A stretch of 64,000 nucleotides of DNA from Paraspadella gotoi (GCA_051294375.1 CM119267.1:15168105-15232104), one strand, 5' to 3'. Positions 15,109 through 29,465 are shown, counted from the stretch's first letter. Made by a program: numbers and translations. Notes: generated from the letters alone by a model not told the origin.

Positions 15109-15860
15109 CCTCATGTTCTTAATTCTTGCTCTGATGGGGTCTCTAGCGGACTTTGGAAAGTAGCTTAAGCTTTCGCTTTGGCTCTCAGGCTAAACCAGGA
15201 CCTTTAAAATTCCGCGACTTATTTTTTTTCTTCGAATGAGCTCTGAGACTCGAGTTCCTTTGGCAAACGGAATTTCTAGTTTTGAAAACAAACTTGTATT
15301 TTCGGGTGAATTAGAGGAAAGTTATAAGATAAACAGTGTGCAATAGACGGACAGACAAAAGCAGACGTAAACAGACATAAATCGAATAGAATAAGTGGAC
15401 CGATGGGAATAGTGATTACAGAATTGTCAGAAATGTCGGAAAGAGAGTAAGATTATTCTCAGGCAGATAAAAAGACAAAATGGTTGAAAAATACCAGACT
15501 TATGTACTGAAAATCAACCTGATACGCGTTTTCAAAAAAAAACAAAACCGAAGATATAGAAAGACATAAATAAAGCCTGACGAAAAAAAGACAGACATCG
15601 AAAACCTTGAAATGCGATATATCTGAATGGCCGACGGGTTAACCAGCGGAAGAAATCGTTTGACACGATACGTAAAGGGCCAACGCTGACGCGCCAGGCG
15701 TTGACGGAGAGATTAGAACATGACGAAACGGGACCCCGCCCTCTACCGTACGAAGCCGTAGCGTCAGCGGACGGATCAGCAGTCGAGTTTTTGAATGGAG
15801 TAAACATCGAAAAGCAACAGTTGAATTCGTGTCATCTTCAGTTGCTAGAATTGCGAAGAG
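8630..15860 (+). pseudogene. Myosin motor-domain-like remnants, either a degenerate pseudogene or a real gene in uncorrected high-error sequence
   Basis: Fragments appear in myosin-head order: ELDDIS (8634), RYKR/DVY (8713-8756), YSDE (about 9896), ETPHL (about 9952), MLTEN (10038), ggagagaggagaggcaagacg resembling GESGAGKT followed by STK, ccatcatgaggccatttggatggcaag|gtaac resembling PIMEAFGNAK, NHMFY (about 12987) and atcttcagttgcta resembling IFQLL (about 15835). Many indels must be assumed. Confidence 0.4.
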
Positions 15861-18099
15861 ANNNNNNNNNNNNNNNNNNNNNNNNNNNNNNNNNNNNNNN
15901 NNNNNNNNNNNNNNNNNNNNNNNNNNNNNNNNNNNNNNNNNNNNNNNNNNNNNNNNNNNNNNNNNNNNNNNNNNNNNNNNNNNNNNNNNNNNNNNNNNNN
16001 NNNNNNNNNNNNNNNNNNNNNNNNNNNNNNNNNNNNNNNNNNNNNNNNNNNNNNNNNNNNNNNNNNNNNNNNNNNNNNNNNNNNNNNNNNNNNNNNNNNN
16101 NNNNNNNNNNNNNNNNNNNNNNNNNNNNNNNNCCCCAGAATTACTGACAAGTAAAAATGGAAAGAAAGGAAAGGGATGAAGAAGAAAAAACGGGAGAAAT
16201 AAAATGAGAAAATAAAAAGGGAGAAAAATATAAGGAGAAAAATGGAAGTCTACTTGACGGATGTCGCCTGAGGTTCGGGCAAAATCCNNNNNNNNNNNNN
16301 NNNNNNNNNNNNNNNNNNNNNNNNNNNNNNNNNNNNNNNNNNNNNNNNNNNNNNNNNNNNNNNNNNNNNNNNNNNNNNNNNNNNNNNNNNNNNNNNNNNN
16401 NNNNNNNNNNNNNNNNNNNNNNNNNNNNNNNNNNNNNNNNNNNNNNNNNNNNNNNNNNNNNNNNNNNNNNNNNNNNNNNNNNNNNNNNNNNNNNNNNNNN
16501 NNNNNNNNNNNNNNNNNNNAAAAATGAATAAATATGATTATTATCTCTAATTTTATTGAGATATAATCCCGACGAAATAACGAACCTCGTCTGCTTTCCT
16601 TTTCAATAAAGAATTTATTTCTTCCCGAACCAAATCCTTGTTATTGTTATTTTTTTTCCATTTTTGTTTGCAATATTCTCCTTCGCCCGTTCTTCCCGCA
16701 GTTTGTATTCCCATTCGCTTAATCGCTCTCCTTATTTCGCCATTTTCATCTCCCTTTTTTGCCATTTGCTCGCGCAATATTTATCGTTTTTTGTTGTTTT
16801 TCTTTCTACTATCATTCTTTTTTTATGTCGTTTATTTTATTTATTTTTCATTTCTCCGTTCCAAATATTTTGAGAAAAAGCGAACGAAAGACCGAAACCG
16901 TTTTTTTCTTTGTTTTTCTCTTTTATTATTTGTTGTTTGTTCTTTTTTTTTTAACGCGAGTTAATTTCCAGTTTTTGGCTTTGAATGAAACATCATATTT
17001 GCCGCCCGGAAAAAACAAATAATCAAAAAATTTGAACAAAAGAAAATACAATATATGAATCAAGAACAGATGTCTATTTGGACATTAAATTATATAATAC
17101 TTTGTGTAAATGCGAATATGAAATAAAGAAATAGGAGATTTTCTTTAGCCCCAAAGGCTCACAAAAACCTGGCCTTACATCCCTCACCGAGAGAGGGCGG
17201 GCCGAATCCCGCCGTTCCAGAGATCAACTTTTGAAATCTTCGTTTTTCTTCTGTACCTGGATTCTAGAAACTTTAGTATTTTGTCTTAAAAACTTGGTTT
17301 GTTTATTATAGTTTGTTTCTGTTTTTTTCCCTGTTGTTGTTGTCCGGTCGGCCCGATTTTATCGTCCATAAAAACTGGGAAGAAGACTCCTTCGAAATTC
17401 CATGTTTATCTCTTCTCCTCCTTGACTCTCCTCCCCTTTCATTCATTCTGCCTATCTCCTTTTCTTTTCTTCTTTTTCTTTCTTTTCGTACTTTTTTTTT
17501 CATTTTGTTTCTTATTTCGTTTTTCACGTACAAGCGTACGTAGTAATATTTCGCTTGCGTTCTCTTTTTCATTCCTTTTTATTTTGTATTGGCTATAATA
17601 TCAGCTCACCCGTAGCTTCTTTCTGGATCTTCTCTAGTTTATTCTTCCTAGGTTTCCAAAAGCTTTTCTCCTTTCTCTTTACCTTTCCTCCTGTCTCTCC
17701 TTTCTCTTTCTCTTCCTCTTTTCTAAGCTTTCTCTCTTCTCTTTCCCTTTCCCTTTCTATCTTCCTTTTTCTTCCCTTTTTCCTCGGTCCTGTTTTCTTT
17801 CCCGCCACTCAGTAGTCTTTAGACTCACACTTTTCTCTATCAGTACGCTACCAAAGAACCAAGCTCTTTACTTCCTCTCTTCCCCCCTCCCCTCCCCTCC
17901 GTCCCTTCCTCTCCTTTCCCTTCCTCCACCCCCCTCGCCTTCATCTCCCCTATTCCCCTCCGTCCCTTCCTCTCCCCTGCCACCCTCTCTTCTTCTTTCT
18001 TCCTCCTTCCTTTCTCCCCTCCCCAACCGAGTCAACGATACAGAAGAAAAAGCTAAAGAAAAAAGTAGGAAAATAATCTCTCTCTCTCTCTCTCTCTTC

Positions 18100-18151
<52 letters not shown>

Positions 18152-19675
18152 CTCTCCCCACTTTCTCTCTTTCTTTCCCGGTTTCTTCAGATCTCGAGAG
18201 AGTCGAGACTGTGAGATCTGCGCGACTGCGCGACTGTGGCGACTAAGAACACTGTGAGATTGCAAAGCCGCCCGTGTCCTCCCCGACTGTCTCGGCCGTG
18301 AGACGGATCCGTGCGAGCGACTGATTTGGCGGTGAGCAGTGAGACTCGGGACCACGAATCGTAGACCGACGTGAGCTGTAAAATGTTTTGGGGTTTTTTT
18401 TTTTAGCCACAGATTTATCGTTGGAAAAACCGGAAAGAAAATTGAGAAACAAAGAATCGTAATTGTTTATATTGTCAAACGTACGCATTTGTTTCTTGGC
18501 AAATAATAATACCATTTATCGACGTCGATTTTAAATCTATTGAGCGGAACATTCATTATTTTTGTTTATTTTTAAACCCACTAATCTTTTTTTCTCATTG
18601 ATTTCGAAGAACGCAATTAATCCATCTGCCGGCGGCCGGGATTTTGTTTTAATGAAAAAAAAATGAGCATACGGCGAAAGTCAAGGAGAGAGAATATCGG
18701 TAAAATTAAATCGTTTAAATAATGGAAACCGATAACAAAAGAATTAAAACGGAAGATTCTTTGCCTCTGCTCGGCTCGGCTCCGCAATGGCGTCGGCTTA
18801 GGCGCCGCGGCAGGCGCCGACGGACTGCCGTCCGAAGGCCGAACGCGTAAAGCGAGCGAAAAGCGACTCGAATGAAAACGCGATTATCGGCAAAAAATAA
18901 GGATGCGAATACGAATTCAAAATGCGATACTATCAGCGCGAAGAACCGAATACAGAGACGAAAAAAAAATATGCGAAAATTCGGACTGAAGAAANNNNNN
19001 NNNNNNNNNNNNNNNNNNNAAAAAAATTAATGAAAGAGGAAAAACGAGGAGGGCGGGAAAGAAGGGACGGAAAGGACAAAGAAATAAACATTTTGAAAAA
19101 ATGAGAAAATGAGAAAATGAAGAAGAGAAAAAAAAGGGAATGAGGGAAATAAATAGACGAGGAAGAAAAAAGAGACGAAACGGATTTGACAAAAAAACAG
19201 AGAAAGAAAATGAAGGGAAGCCCGCGTCTAATCTGAAACAAAACAATTGCAAAACAGGTTGTCGAAGAAGAAAACTAATGAAATAATGAAGTCATAAACA
19301 TGTACAAAAAACATGTTAAGGAACACGAGAAACTACCACAAAAACAAAAATGAATACCCTCCAAAAGATGAAAGGAATACGAATGCAATAAAGGAAAAAC
19401 AAAAGATAAAAGGGGAGAGAAAAGAGAAAAAAAGGAGGAAAAAAGGAAAAAAAGAAAGAAGCGACGACGTGGAATTCAGAGATTTTGTGGCCTTTGCGAC
19501 TCTTCGCTTATGAGAATCGCGAAGAGAGAGAGAGAGAGAAGAAAAAAGAGGAGGGGGAGGAGGAGGAAGAAGATGAGGAGGAGGAAGAGGAACGGAGGAA
19601 AGGAAAAGCAAAGTGAAGGACGTTGGGAAAAAGCGAGAAAGAGAGAGGAGCCTGAGATATCGTTGCGATGACAGG

Positions 19676-19753
<78 letters not shown>

Positions 19754-20150
19754 CCCTGGAAAAGTTTACGAGAGAAGAGAGATAAGAAGCGTGGAAACGA
19801 GAGGCCGATATTAAATTATGGAGAGAAGATGGAGGAGAGAGGATGAGGAGGAGGAGAAAAGGGGAGGGGAGAAAGATGCGAATATTAAAATATTAGAAGG
19901 AATAAAGGAAAGAGGAAAGCGGGATGAAAGAAAATGATAAAGTGGAGGGGGCAAACAAGGAGCAAATGTCGCTGAATAAGAGGGAAAAAAAAGGGAAAAG
20001 AATGAAAAGAAGAAATTAAAAGAAAAATATAGAAAAAAGAAATGTAGGGCTTTGCCTTAGCGTAAAGAGAGAAAGGAGGAGAGAATACAGGAAGCAAAGG
20101 ACAAAAAGACAATGATGATGGCCTTAGAATTACGTGGGACGAGCGCGAGC

Positions 20151-20241
<91 letters not shown>

Positions 20242-20309
20242 TAGAAAAAGAGACAGGAGACAAAGAATGAATTTAAAACGACTTTGGGACGGAAGGAAAA
20301 TGCCATCAA

Positions 20310-20616
20310 TGAGCGAGTGAATGAATGAGTAAATGAATAAATGAGCAAAAAAATTAGTAAAAGAATGAATGAAAAAGTGAATGAATGAATGAATGAATGA
20401 ATGAATGAATGAATGAATGAATGAAAGAGTAAATGAATGAATGAATGAATGAATGAATGAATGAATGAATGAATGAATGAATGAAGGAATGAATGAAAAA
20501 TTGAATTAATGAATGAATGAATGAATGAATGAATGAATGAATAAATGAATAAATGAATGAATGAATGAATGAATGAATGAATGAATGAATGAATGAATGA
20601 ATGAAATGAATTAATG
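20310..20616. repeat. (GAAT)n microsatellite
   Basis: Long imperfect tetranucleotide tract. Confidence 0.95.
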
Positions 20617-21015
20617 AAGTCATTTAAACGTCTTTACTCTTTACCCACTAAAACTGAAAGCACATCCCACATCTATACAGTACACACGCCCATTTAATCG
20701 CCTCTTAAAATAGACGGAACTCGCCCCTCGCCGCCCCTGTTTAGCCGATACACTTCACCGTATTTTTTTAACAAGGTCGCCGGTAAAACTGGACGTCGAT
20801 CGCAGACTCTGCCGCCCTCTGCCGGCCTCGCAGCCGAAATAATTCGGCGATAGAAATAGAGATTCCCGCGGGCCATTTGGACATTTCGATCCGCCATCGC
20901 CGCCGCTGAGCCGAAGTCTGAGGATGGTAGAAATAACGGATTAAGGCCGAAAGCCTTTGCGCAGGCAGAAAAAAAAATGGCATCGTCGACGGTGGGTGGA
21001 AAGAAAAATGGACTG

Positions 21016-21055
<40 letters not shown>

Positions 21056-21387
21056 GAGGAGATGAGAGAGAGAGAGAGAGAGGAGAAAGGAGGAAGAGAG
21101 AGAGGAGAGAGGAGCAGAGCTGAGAGAAAACGAGAGCGTGAGAATAGACGGACGACGAGAGAGAGAGATCAGAGAGCGGGAGATCAATTTTTGCGTCTAA
21201 TAAAAAAAACACGAAATGCGAGAAAATCGGAAACGAGACACGAAGACTTTTTTTTTCCTTTTTTTTTCTTTCTTTCTTTTTTCTTGTTCTTTTTTTTATG
21301 GCAGCGAAAGAAAAATAAAAGGAAATGAAAGAAAATAATAAACCTGAGGAGAGAGATAAGGGATACAAAGGGGGAAAAAATACGAGA

Positions 21388-21586
<199 letters not shown>

Positions 21587-24500
21587 ATGAAAAAGGTTAG
21601 AAAAAGAAAATAATGAACGAAAGAAAATGGATAGATATTAAACTGAAAGAATCTCCAGAGGATCGGTTAATGAGCCGAAGCGGAGAATCGAACAAAAGGA
21701 ATACAATATTTAATCTCATCGAGAGAAACCGTAGAAATTCTTGAAGCGTTTTTAATTAGAAAAGGACTCTTTACCTGACGTCGCCTGGATGGACGAGGGT
21801 TGAAACAAGGACGGCAATTCACGCGGACAATGGCTTTATAACGCGGATGTACATTGTACACGTTAAAGGTAAAAAACAAGTTAACGTGAACAGTTAAACA
21901 GTAAACAATGCCGAAAGCGTCATTTGTTGTTCCCACAACAACAACCAGGGACGCTGAAGAAAACAGATGGAGGGAAGAGAAATTAATGGAATAAAGAATC
22001 GGGGAAGATGAGGCGGAACCAGTTGGTTCGTTGGGCAGCTTAATTCAACCAACTGGATTCTTCATAAGTTATTAATCTTGGGTTCCTTTATTAAGTAAGA
22101 AGCAATTTTGAGGTCGATATTTTATTTTACACATCGTCAAATTTATAATATTATATGTTTCTCTAGACTCTTTTGAAATGGTGCGGCTGTAGATGTATAT
22201 CTGTTGATTCCTATTTCACGGAACCAAAAATCATTTGTAAAATGGCGGATGTGAAGAAGAAATAAAATCAAAGAGAAAAAATGGAGAGAAAAATGAGAGA
22301 AAGAAACGAGAAAGCGAAGATAAGAAACGAAATAATAAAAATAAAAAAACAAAAACAAAAAAAACTTATAAAAAAAATAATCGAAAAAATAAGAAAATAT
22401 AAAAAATTTCTTTTTATAAATAGAACGTGGTTTTATTTCATGCGTACGGCTAATTTTTGGCGGTAGTTCTGTCAAAAAATAAATAATCGAATCAATAAAA
22501 CTGCCCGTTTTACTGTGCTTATATTCTTTATTGCAGTCATCGGGCCAATTTTTATATTATCCTTATTACGGTGAACTTCACCATAATTCATTGTTCTATT
22601 TAATCAATATCTTAAAAATGAAGGCCTGAATTTTGATTTTGAAAGTGTATTGATTAACCTTTGATTTTGAATTTGGTCTACCACGAGGTCATATGAAGAA
22701 TCAAATCCTTCACAAAACCAAAAAGATAAGAGAAAAGAAAAGTGAATTGAAAAAAAAAGAAAAGTAAAAAAGATATTGTGGAATTGGAATCTGAGATGGG
22801 AGAAGAATCCGAAGACCAAGAGATCAGATTCATGGCGAAAATCAGCGGGGGCCTCAAACGAAAGAAAAGAAAAACCAAATGGAATAAAAAGGGAAAAAGG
22901 GATAATGAAATGGACACAAAGGGGACTAAAAAGAAAGAAAATGGAAAAATCTATTTTTAATTCGACCGAACAGAACGAAGTTATATTCTTTTAATAGTCT
23001 ATTGTATATTTTTTTGTACAATAAACAAAGTACGTTGATTGCACAATGCACAATGTGCAGCGCACATCAATTTTTCTGTATACTTCTTTGCCTAAAAAGA
23101 TTGCTGGTTTTATTAGGTAGTTTAGCCATTATTTGTAAGAGTCACTGAATCGATGCAATATGCACCTGTCTTGGCTCAAGATTCGTTGACAATTCATTCG
23201 AACGATGCACATTACGATTGTCCGAAGCCTTTGTAAATCGGTTAAAGAGAGGGAACATTTCCGTATGAAACGATCTTAGAATCAAACGACTTGAATGTAA
23301 CCAAATAACGAAACCGATCTTCATCTCCTTAACCCCTCCTCCAGTATCCTCACCCAAAATTCTCTCTCTCTCTCTCTCTNNNNNNNNNNCTCTCTCTCTC
23401 TCTCCCTTTCTCTTTCGCTACTAAAAGCGGGAAACGAGATAAGAGACGGCGGGCGGCAGCGGCAGCGGCTGCGGCTCCGGGGGGCGGCAGGCGGCGCGAA
23501 TTAAGCCCGTTGGGTCTTCGCTCGTCTCACTTGAGAGGCAGAAATGAAATCGGGTTTACATGGCAGAAAAATTTACGGGGCACAGTCGGTTCACACGAGA
23601 CAGGGTAAATGAAATACATGTCTTCTACACATTGCAGATACTTTATATACAAGATGGTTTAAATCTTAGATGATTTACATAGAAAGTGGTTTACATTGTG
23701 GATGAATTACTTAACAGAAGATTTTAATGGAAAATGCTTCTCGACTTTAGATCATTTTCAAATAGATTATGATTATCCAATTATTCCTGAACAAAACTTA
23801 CCCTTAGCTCTTTTAACAATTCAAACAAACTCTTTGTTAAAAAGATGTCAATCAAGAATTAAGCTGGATTGGCGTTCGTTGTCTCGCCTCCGATTCTTTA
23901 GGGAAATAAAGAGAAGGAACGTTGTCGTCACAAATTTGGGTCAATTTATCACTGATCCGCCTTAGATTTAGTTAGAATAAAAAACGTTACGCTGAGCCGA
24001 AATCTTTCGCTATAATCCAAATATTAATCATTGTGAAATTGGTACAGCCAATATAAAAATGATCTATTCATTTGATAAATAAGCTGCCGTATCTTGCCGT
24101 ATCTGGACACTCTATGGCGGATATTAAGGATACTATTTTTCAGTAAATCTACCCGAATTATGTAATATTCTTAGGATGATTTCATGTAATCAATTTAAAT
24201 CTTAATTAGAGTCAAACTATAAATAATATTTTTACCTACCAATTTAGAGAGATGGATAAAACGCCAGACCGACCGACCAAGAAATTATCCTACCGAGAAA
24301 AGACGAATCAAGAATGAGTTGGGATGAGTGGCGATTCGCGACGAGTCTCGGATGTCGAAACAAGAAGGGGAAAAAGATGAGGAATAAAAAGCTGAAAGCG
24401 AAGAGAAAGAGAGACGGAGATGTATCTCGAACATTCCCGACGTCTTTTTTCGCCAAGGAGGAAAGGAGTTAAGGGAATCCGAATATCGAAACCTCTTAAG

Positions 24501-24840
24501 GAAAAAGGAAAGGAGTCGAAAAAAAGAGGAAAGGAATTATAAAAAAAAGAGAAAAGGAATTTAGACGGAGGAATAACCTCAGAGAGAAAGAGAGAGAGAG
24601 AGAGAGAGATCATTACGACCGAATAAACCGGCGATTAATATGTAAAAACGGACGGAAGCAGAACAAATTTAATTGGGTGCTTAAAAATGCGGCTAAAAAA
24701 AAATTAAAGACAAATTCCGTTAAATTTTTTTCTGTGGAACGGACGATCGTTTAATATTTAATTTATATTATGAACAAAAAATACATAAATGAAATATTTA
24801 TGCCTTTTTTCTTTCTTTCTGTATTTTTTCATTTCCGATG

Positions 24841-25189
24841 TATTTAGTACTGTTTTACGCCTCAGCCTAAAAATGTCCCTAAATGAAGATTTCCACGGTC
24901 AGTAACGTAATTGATGACGTAATCGCCAATGTGAAGTGAAGTAGTATTGTTAAAGACCTTCAAAGTAGAGTAAATTAGCAAACAATAATTAATTATTTCT
25001 CATTTCAGTATCATACTTAGTAGACTTCTTCCGGGGAGTGCTTTTTTGTTTTCCTCTGACCGTCAGCTGGAGCGCCCTGGCGTCACGTAAAACAGTACTG
25101 AGGATTTCTAACTCCTTGACTACGATAAACAAATGATCTTTGTTTACGATATGACGCCAAGTCGCTCGCCCGTACGACCTCTCTTTACA
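24841..25189. repeat. Left terminal repeat (349 bp), equal to the 3' part of the right terminal repeat
   Basis: TATTTAGTACTGTTTTACGCC...CGTACGACCTCTCTTTACA recurs directly at 30454-30802 and inverted at 27349-27697. Confidence 0.9.
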
Positions 25190-25634
25190 CTCCCCCCTGT
25201 ACGTGACACGAACACTAAACATAAGAGGGGTCGTACGTACAGCTGGTCTTCGCCCTAGTGGCATGTGTCTTTGCTGCAGCATTTGATTTCCTTTCAGCAT
25301 GTGACTCCAGTTTGTATCCCCCCCCCAATGAGGATTAAATCAGCAAGTCGTCCCGTCCGTATCTCCTTGTTCTTTTCGGCTCCATACGGCCCAAATGTCT
25401 CCAACTCCCCCCGTTGGCATTTCGAAACGGCGCCCCATTCAGACGTCATCATCTCCTTGACGACGCGATGATCACATAGCCGCCGCTGGCGTCGTCTCCT
25501 AGACGACGCTCGAACGGCGGCGCCATTCTTGACGACGACTCCATAGCCGCCGCCGGCGTCGTCACCTTGACCGCGAATTTGGGTAGGGAGGATGGGTTAT
25601 TAATTTTAATTTTTAATTTTTTTTAGGAGCGGTG

Positions 25635-25748
25635 GCGACGGCGGCGACTAGGGATTCGGCGACGGCGGCGACGAGGGATTCGACGATGGCGGCGACGAGG
25701 GATTCGACGACGGCGGCGACGAGGGATTCGACGACGGCGACGAGGACG
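25635..25748 (+). repeat. 24-bp minisatellite (GACGAGGGATTCGACGACGGCGGC), about 4-5 copies, inside the element
   Basis: Direct tandem copies; the core GACGAGGGATTCGAC recurs at about 30130-30162. Confidence 0.85.
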
Positions 25749-26003
25749 GCGATAAGTATCAGGTGAGTATATATTATAATTTTTATTTTATTTTCAGGTA
25801 CATACGAAAAAGATTGGGCCGGGAGGGTTGCCCGGAGGAGGCGGTGGAGGAGGAGGCGCTCCTTGGACCGGTCGCTGACTTCGGTCCATTTTGACGGTGA
25901 TCACGAGGTGAGTTTGGTTATTAAGACTTAGACTGAAATCAAATCATGTATATAAAAATGTGAATTTCACCAATGATTATCATCGTTTTTAATGATTCAT
26001 AGT

Positions 26004-26447
26004 TCATCGATCTCCAAGGCGATCTTTCACCGATGGAAGGCGGATTGGCGGATTTCCGGCGGCAGTCCACTGGGTAGGTATTAAATTTTCGATTATTTTT
26101 AATTTTTCTTTTCAGTTTTACAAATTACATACTGGTCCTTGGACGGGTCGAAATTCTTCAGCTTGCTCTTTCTTCCTTTGTGCTAAATGTTTGCGGAGAT
26201 CTTCTTGTTCTTCGAGGTTTTCTTTCTCCCTGGCGGCGTCGACCTCTCTTCGAATTCGTCGTATTTCTGCGCCAACCATCTCCGAGATGTCATTCTCCTT
26301 CAATCTGGGTAGTGGATTATGGACGATCCTGGGTTCATTGGCGGGGTTTGACGGAGAGAATGACGAAATTGGCTGAGAGCATGTTGCAGCTGCTCGGAAC
26401 CTCGCGCGAAGCATCGCCTTTTCAAGTTCTTTCTTGGTGAGTTCCAT
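26004..26447 (-). CDS. Orphan charged helical protein inside the element; probable intron 26132-26070
   Basis: MELTKKELEKAMLRARFR...EIRRIRREVDAAREKENLEEQEDLRKHLAQRKKEQAEEFRPVQGP. Splicing gtatgt...cccag extends it in frame with WTAAGNPPIRLPSVKDRLGDR*. Confidence 0.45.
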
Positions 26448-26566
26448 TCTTTATTATTTATCTAACTGTACCTGGTCATTTTAAACAACAAAAAACTATG
26501 AATCACGCAGTCTATCGTACACCACTTATGTCCATGAATCAGTATTGTTTAATTCTTATTTTTTTT

Positions 26567-26940
26567 TTAAAAACGGACGATTCTCGTTCCGTTAGGGTTG
26601 GGCGCTGGTTCGACGCTTTGGGCGCTGGGCGGCTGCCTCTGGTAGTAAGTGTGCAGGGGCCGTCCGGTGGAGAGGGTTCCAAGGTACCGCCTCATTCTCT
26701 CCTTATTCTCTTCCGCGGCGTCCTCTTCCCACCCCGGAGTAGGGTAGTATGCCGCATCGTCATCATAGTATTCTAACTTCTGTTGGGCAGGTAAGTATTA
26801 TTTGATGGTTTTATTGTTTATTATTATTTTCTTTTAGGTTTTCGTGGATTGACTTACTTTGGCCTTCTTGTATTTGGTCCTTTCGAAGCGGGTCGTCCCA
26901 GCGAAAGTGTATTCGGAAATGAAACTGAATATCGACTGAA
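26567..26940 (-). CDS. Orphan partial ORF inside the element; start not identified; probable intron 26857-26780
   Basis: ...EYTFAGTTRFERTKYKKAK|KLEYYDDDAAYYPTPGWEEDAAEENKERMRRYLGTLSTGRPLHTYYQRQPP...IVRF* after removing gtaagt...caacag. Confidence 0.35.
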
Positions 26941-26987
26941 CGTGAAAGGTAAGTACAAATAANNNNNNNNNNNNNNNNNNNNNNNNN

Positions 26988-28775
26988 AAAAAAGAGAGAG
27001 AAAAAATAAGGAAAAAATAAATAAAGAAGAAAATCATTTGTCTCCCACTTGAGCCAAAACTGGGCTCGACGCGCGAGCGGCAATCCATCATTTCTCCGCT
27101 GGAAAATCCCAACGAGTTTCACACTTCGACGAACGAGGTTTTTGTCGAAACTTTTCTCGATTCAATTTGTTGTAAATGCGGAGGTATGGAAGGAGTTGCG
27201 GAGAAGTGTAGAGACTCGATTGTTTATTTAGAATATAATGAATCGGTCATAGGTCTATTGAATACTTATATATTGATTGTTTACAGCTATTTTCTAATCG
27301 ATTTTATATTTTGTAGTATCGGGAAGCATTTTTTTTCGCCAGTCATCGTGTAAAGAGAGGTCGTACGGGCGAGCGACTTGGCGTCATATCGTAAACACAG
27401 ATCATTTGTTTATCGTAGTCAAGGAGTTAGAAATCCTCAGTACTGTTTTACGTGACGCCAGGGCGCTCCAGCTGACGGTCAGAGGAAAACAAAAAAGCAC
27501 TCCCCGGAAGAAGTCTACTAAGTATGATACTGAATGAGAAATAATTAATTATTGTTTGCTAATTTACTCTACTTTGAAGGTCTTTAACAATACTACTTCA
27601 CTTCACATTGGCGATTACATCATCAATTACGTTACTGACCGTGGAAATCTTCATTTAGGGACATTTTTAGGCTGAGGCGTAAAACAGTACTAAATATTAA
27701 AAACGTAGTAGGCATCCTCAGGGGAGTTGTAGAAAAATATCTTAATATCTTCCGTTAACGGGCGATCCCTGGCGTTCTTTTTAACAGTACTGAGCTTTTC
27801 TAAAATGGTTGGCAACGAACTAACAAAGATCAGTATTTACATAACGACGCCAAGTATTGCACGCGTACGATCTTCTTTTACACTCCCCCCTGTACGTATC
27901 ACGGACACTAATACTTAAGAGAGGTCGTACAGTGTCGTACAGACGATAAGAAACAAAATTCACCTGGTCCAGTCGAATTCTTTGTCGCCGTCGAATCCCT
28001 CGTCCCGTCGATCCCTGTCGCGTCGAACCTAAAATAAAAATAATAAAAATTAAAATATTAATACAAACAAACCAAACATTTAAATTTACCTGTTCCGATG
28101 AAGTCAAATTCTCGCAACCTGTAAAGAAAATATTAAGAAAATTTCAACATGTTTTCAACCCAACTTACCTACAGATATCCAGCTTGTTTAATTTTCATTC
28201 CAAAATGGAAGAATCGATGGAAATCATAATCATCGACGAAGACACGCCAACCTTGGCAGAATCTCATTCGTCAAACTCCTCGTCATCCATCCCGGAGTTT
28301 TTCGACGATGACATCATCGAGATCATCGAGGTGTCCAAGTGGCACCACGAAACTTCGTCGTCGGACTCAGAAGACGAACCGATCAGGTTGACGAAATCAA
28401 CTTCAGAGGAATGTCTCGTCGAGTTCGGAAGAAGTGGGCACTGAAAAAGCTCGCGAGATCGCTCGAGACCGCAAGCGCGAAGAAAAACGCAAACGAGGAT
28501 GAAGTCCTGGAAAAGAAGATTGGCGGAGATGAGGAACGAACTCTGAAAGAGAAAGAAAGTCGTATTCTCAAAAAAGCTCTCGAGAAAACAAGGAAAATAG
28601 CGAGAGGAAAGAGAGATCGCGCTATACTCTCAAAAATAACTCAAATGGAAATCGCCGAAGAATCAAAAACGTCAGAACAAATTGACATCCTTACCTATAC
28701 TTCACTTACCGTTCTTAGTTTCGTTCATTGACATCTATTTATTATTAATTGTCTTCTAAAAAATAATTCGTCTTA
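26988..28775. repeat. Inverted duplicate of about 29295-31140 (right half of the element plus flank); 28858-29293 also directly repeats about 26520-26962
   Basis: Reverse-complement identity apart from scattered 1-bp indels; the duplicated block is bracketed by two 25-N gaps (26963-26987, 29388-29412). Confidence 0.85.
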
Positions 28776-29465
28776 AAACTAAGAACGGTAAGTGAAGTAT
28801 AGGTAAGGATGTTCAATTTGTTCATGACGTTTTTGATTCTTCGGCGATTTCCATTTGACCACTTATGTCCATGAATCAGTATTGTTTAATTCTTATTTTT
28901 TTTTAAAACGGACGATTCTCGTTCCGTTAGGGTTGGGCGCTGGTTCGACGCTTTGGGCGCTGGGCGGCTGCCTCTGGTAGTAAGTGTGCAGGGGCCGTCC
29001 GGTGGAGAGGGTTCAAGGTACCGCCTCATTCTCTCCTTATTCTCTCCGCGCGTCCTCTTCCCACCCCGGAGTAGGGTAGTATGCCGCATCGTCATCATAG
29101 TATTCTAACTTCTTTGTTGGCAGGTAAGTATTATTTGATGGTTTATTGTTTATTATTATTTTCTTTAGGTTTTCGTGGATTGACTTACTTTGGCCTTCTT
29201 GTATTTGGTCCTTTCGAAGCGGGTCGTCCCAGCGAAAGTGTATTCGGAAATGAAACTGAATATCGACTGAACGTGAAAGGTAAGTACAAATAAGAACGAA
29301 TTATTTTTTAGAAGACAATTAATAATAAATAGATGTCAATGAACGAAACTAAGACGGTAAGTGAAGTATAGGTAAGGATGTTCAATTNNNNNNNNNNNNN
29401 NNNNNNNNNNNNGTTTTCCGAAGTTTCTATGACCATTTGTTGCGGAAAAAAAATGTGTCTAATGT

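Noticed and set aside
24841-27697. DNA transposon with 349-bp terminal inverted repeats
   Set aside because: The right 'TIR' belongs to the larger inverted duplicate and there is no TSD; the direct-repeat model with CGATG fits better.
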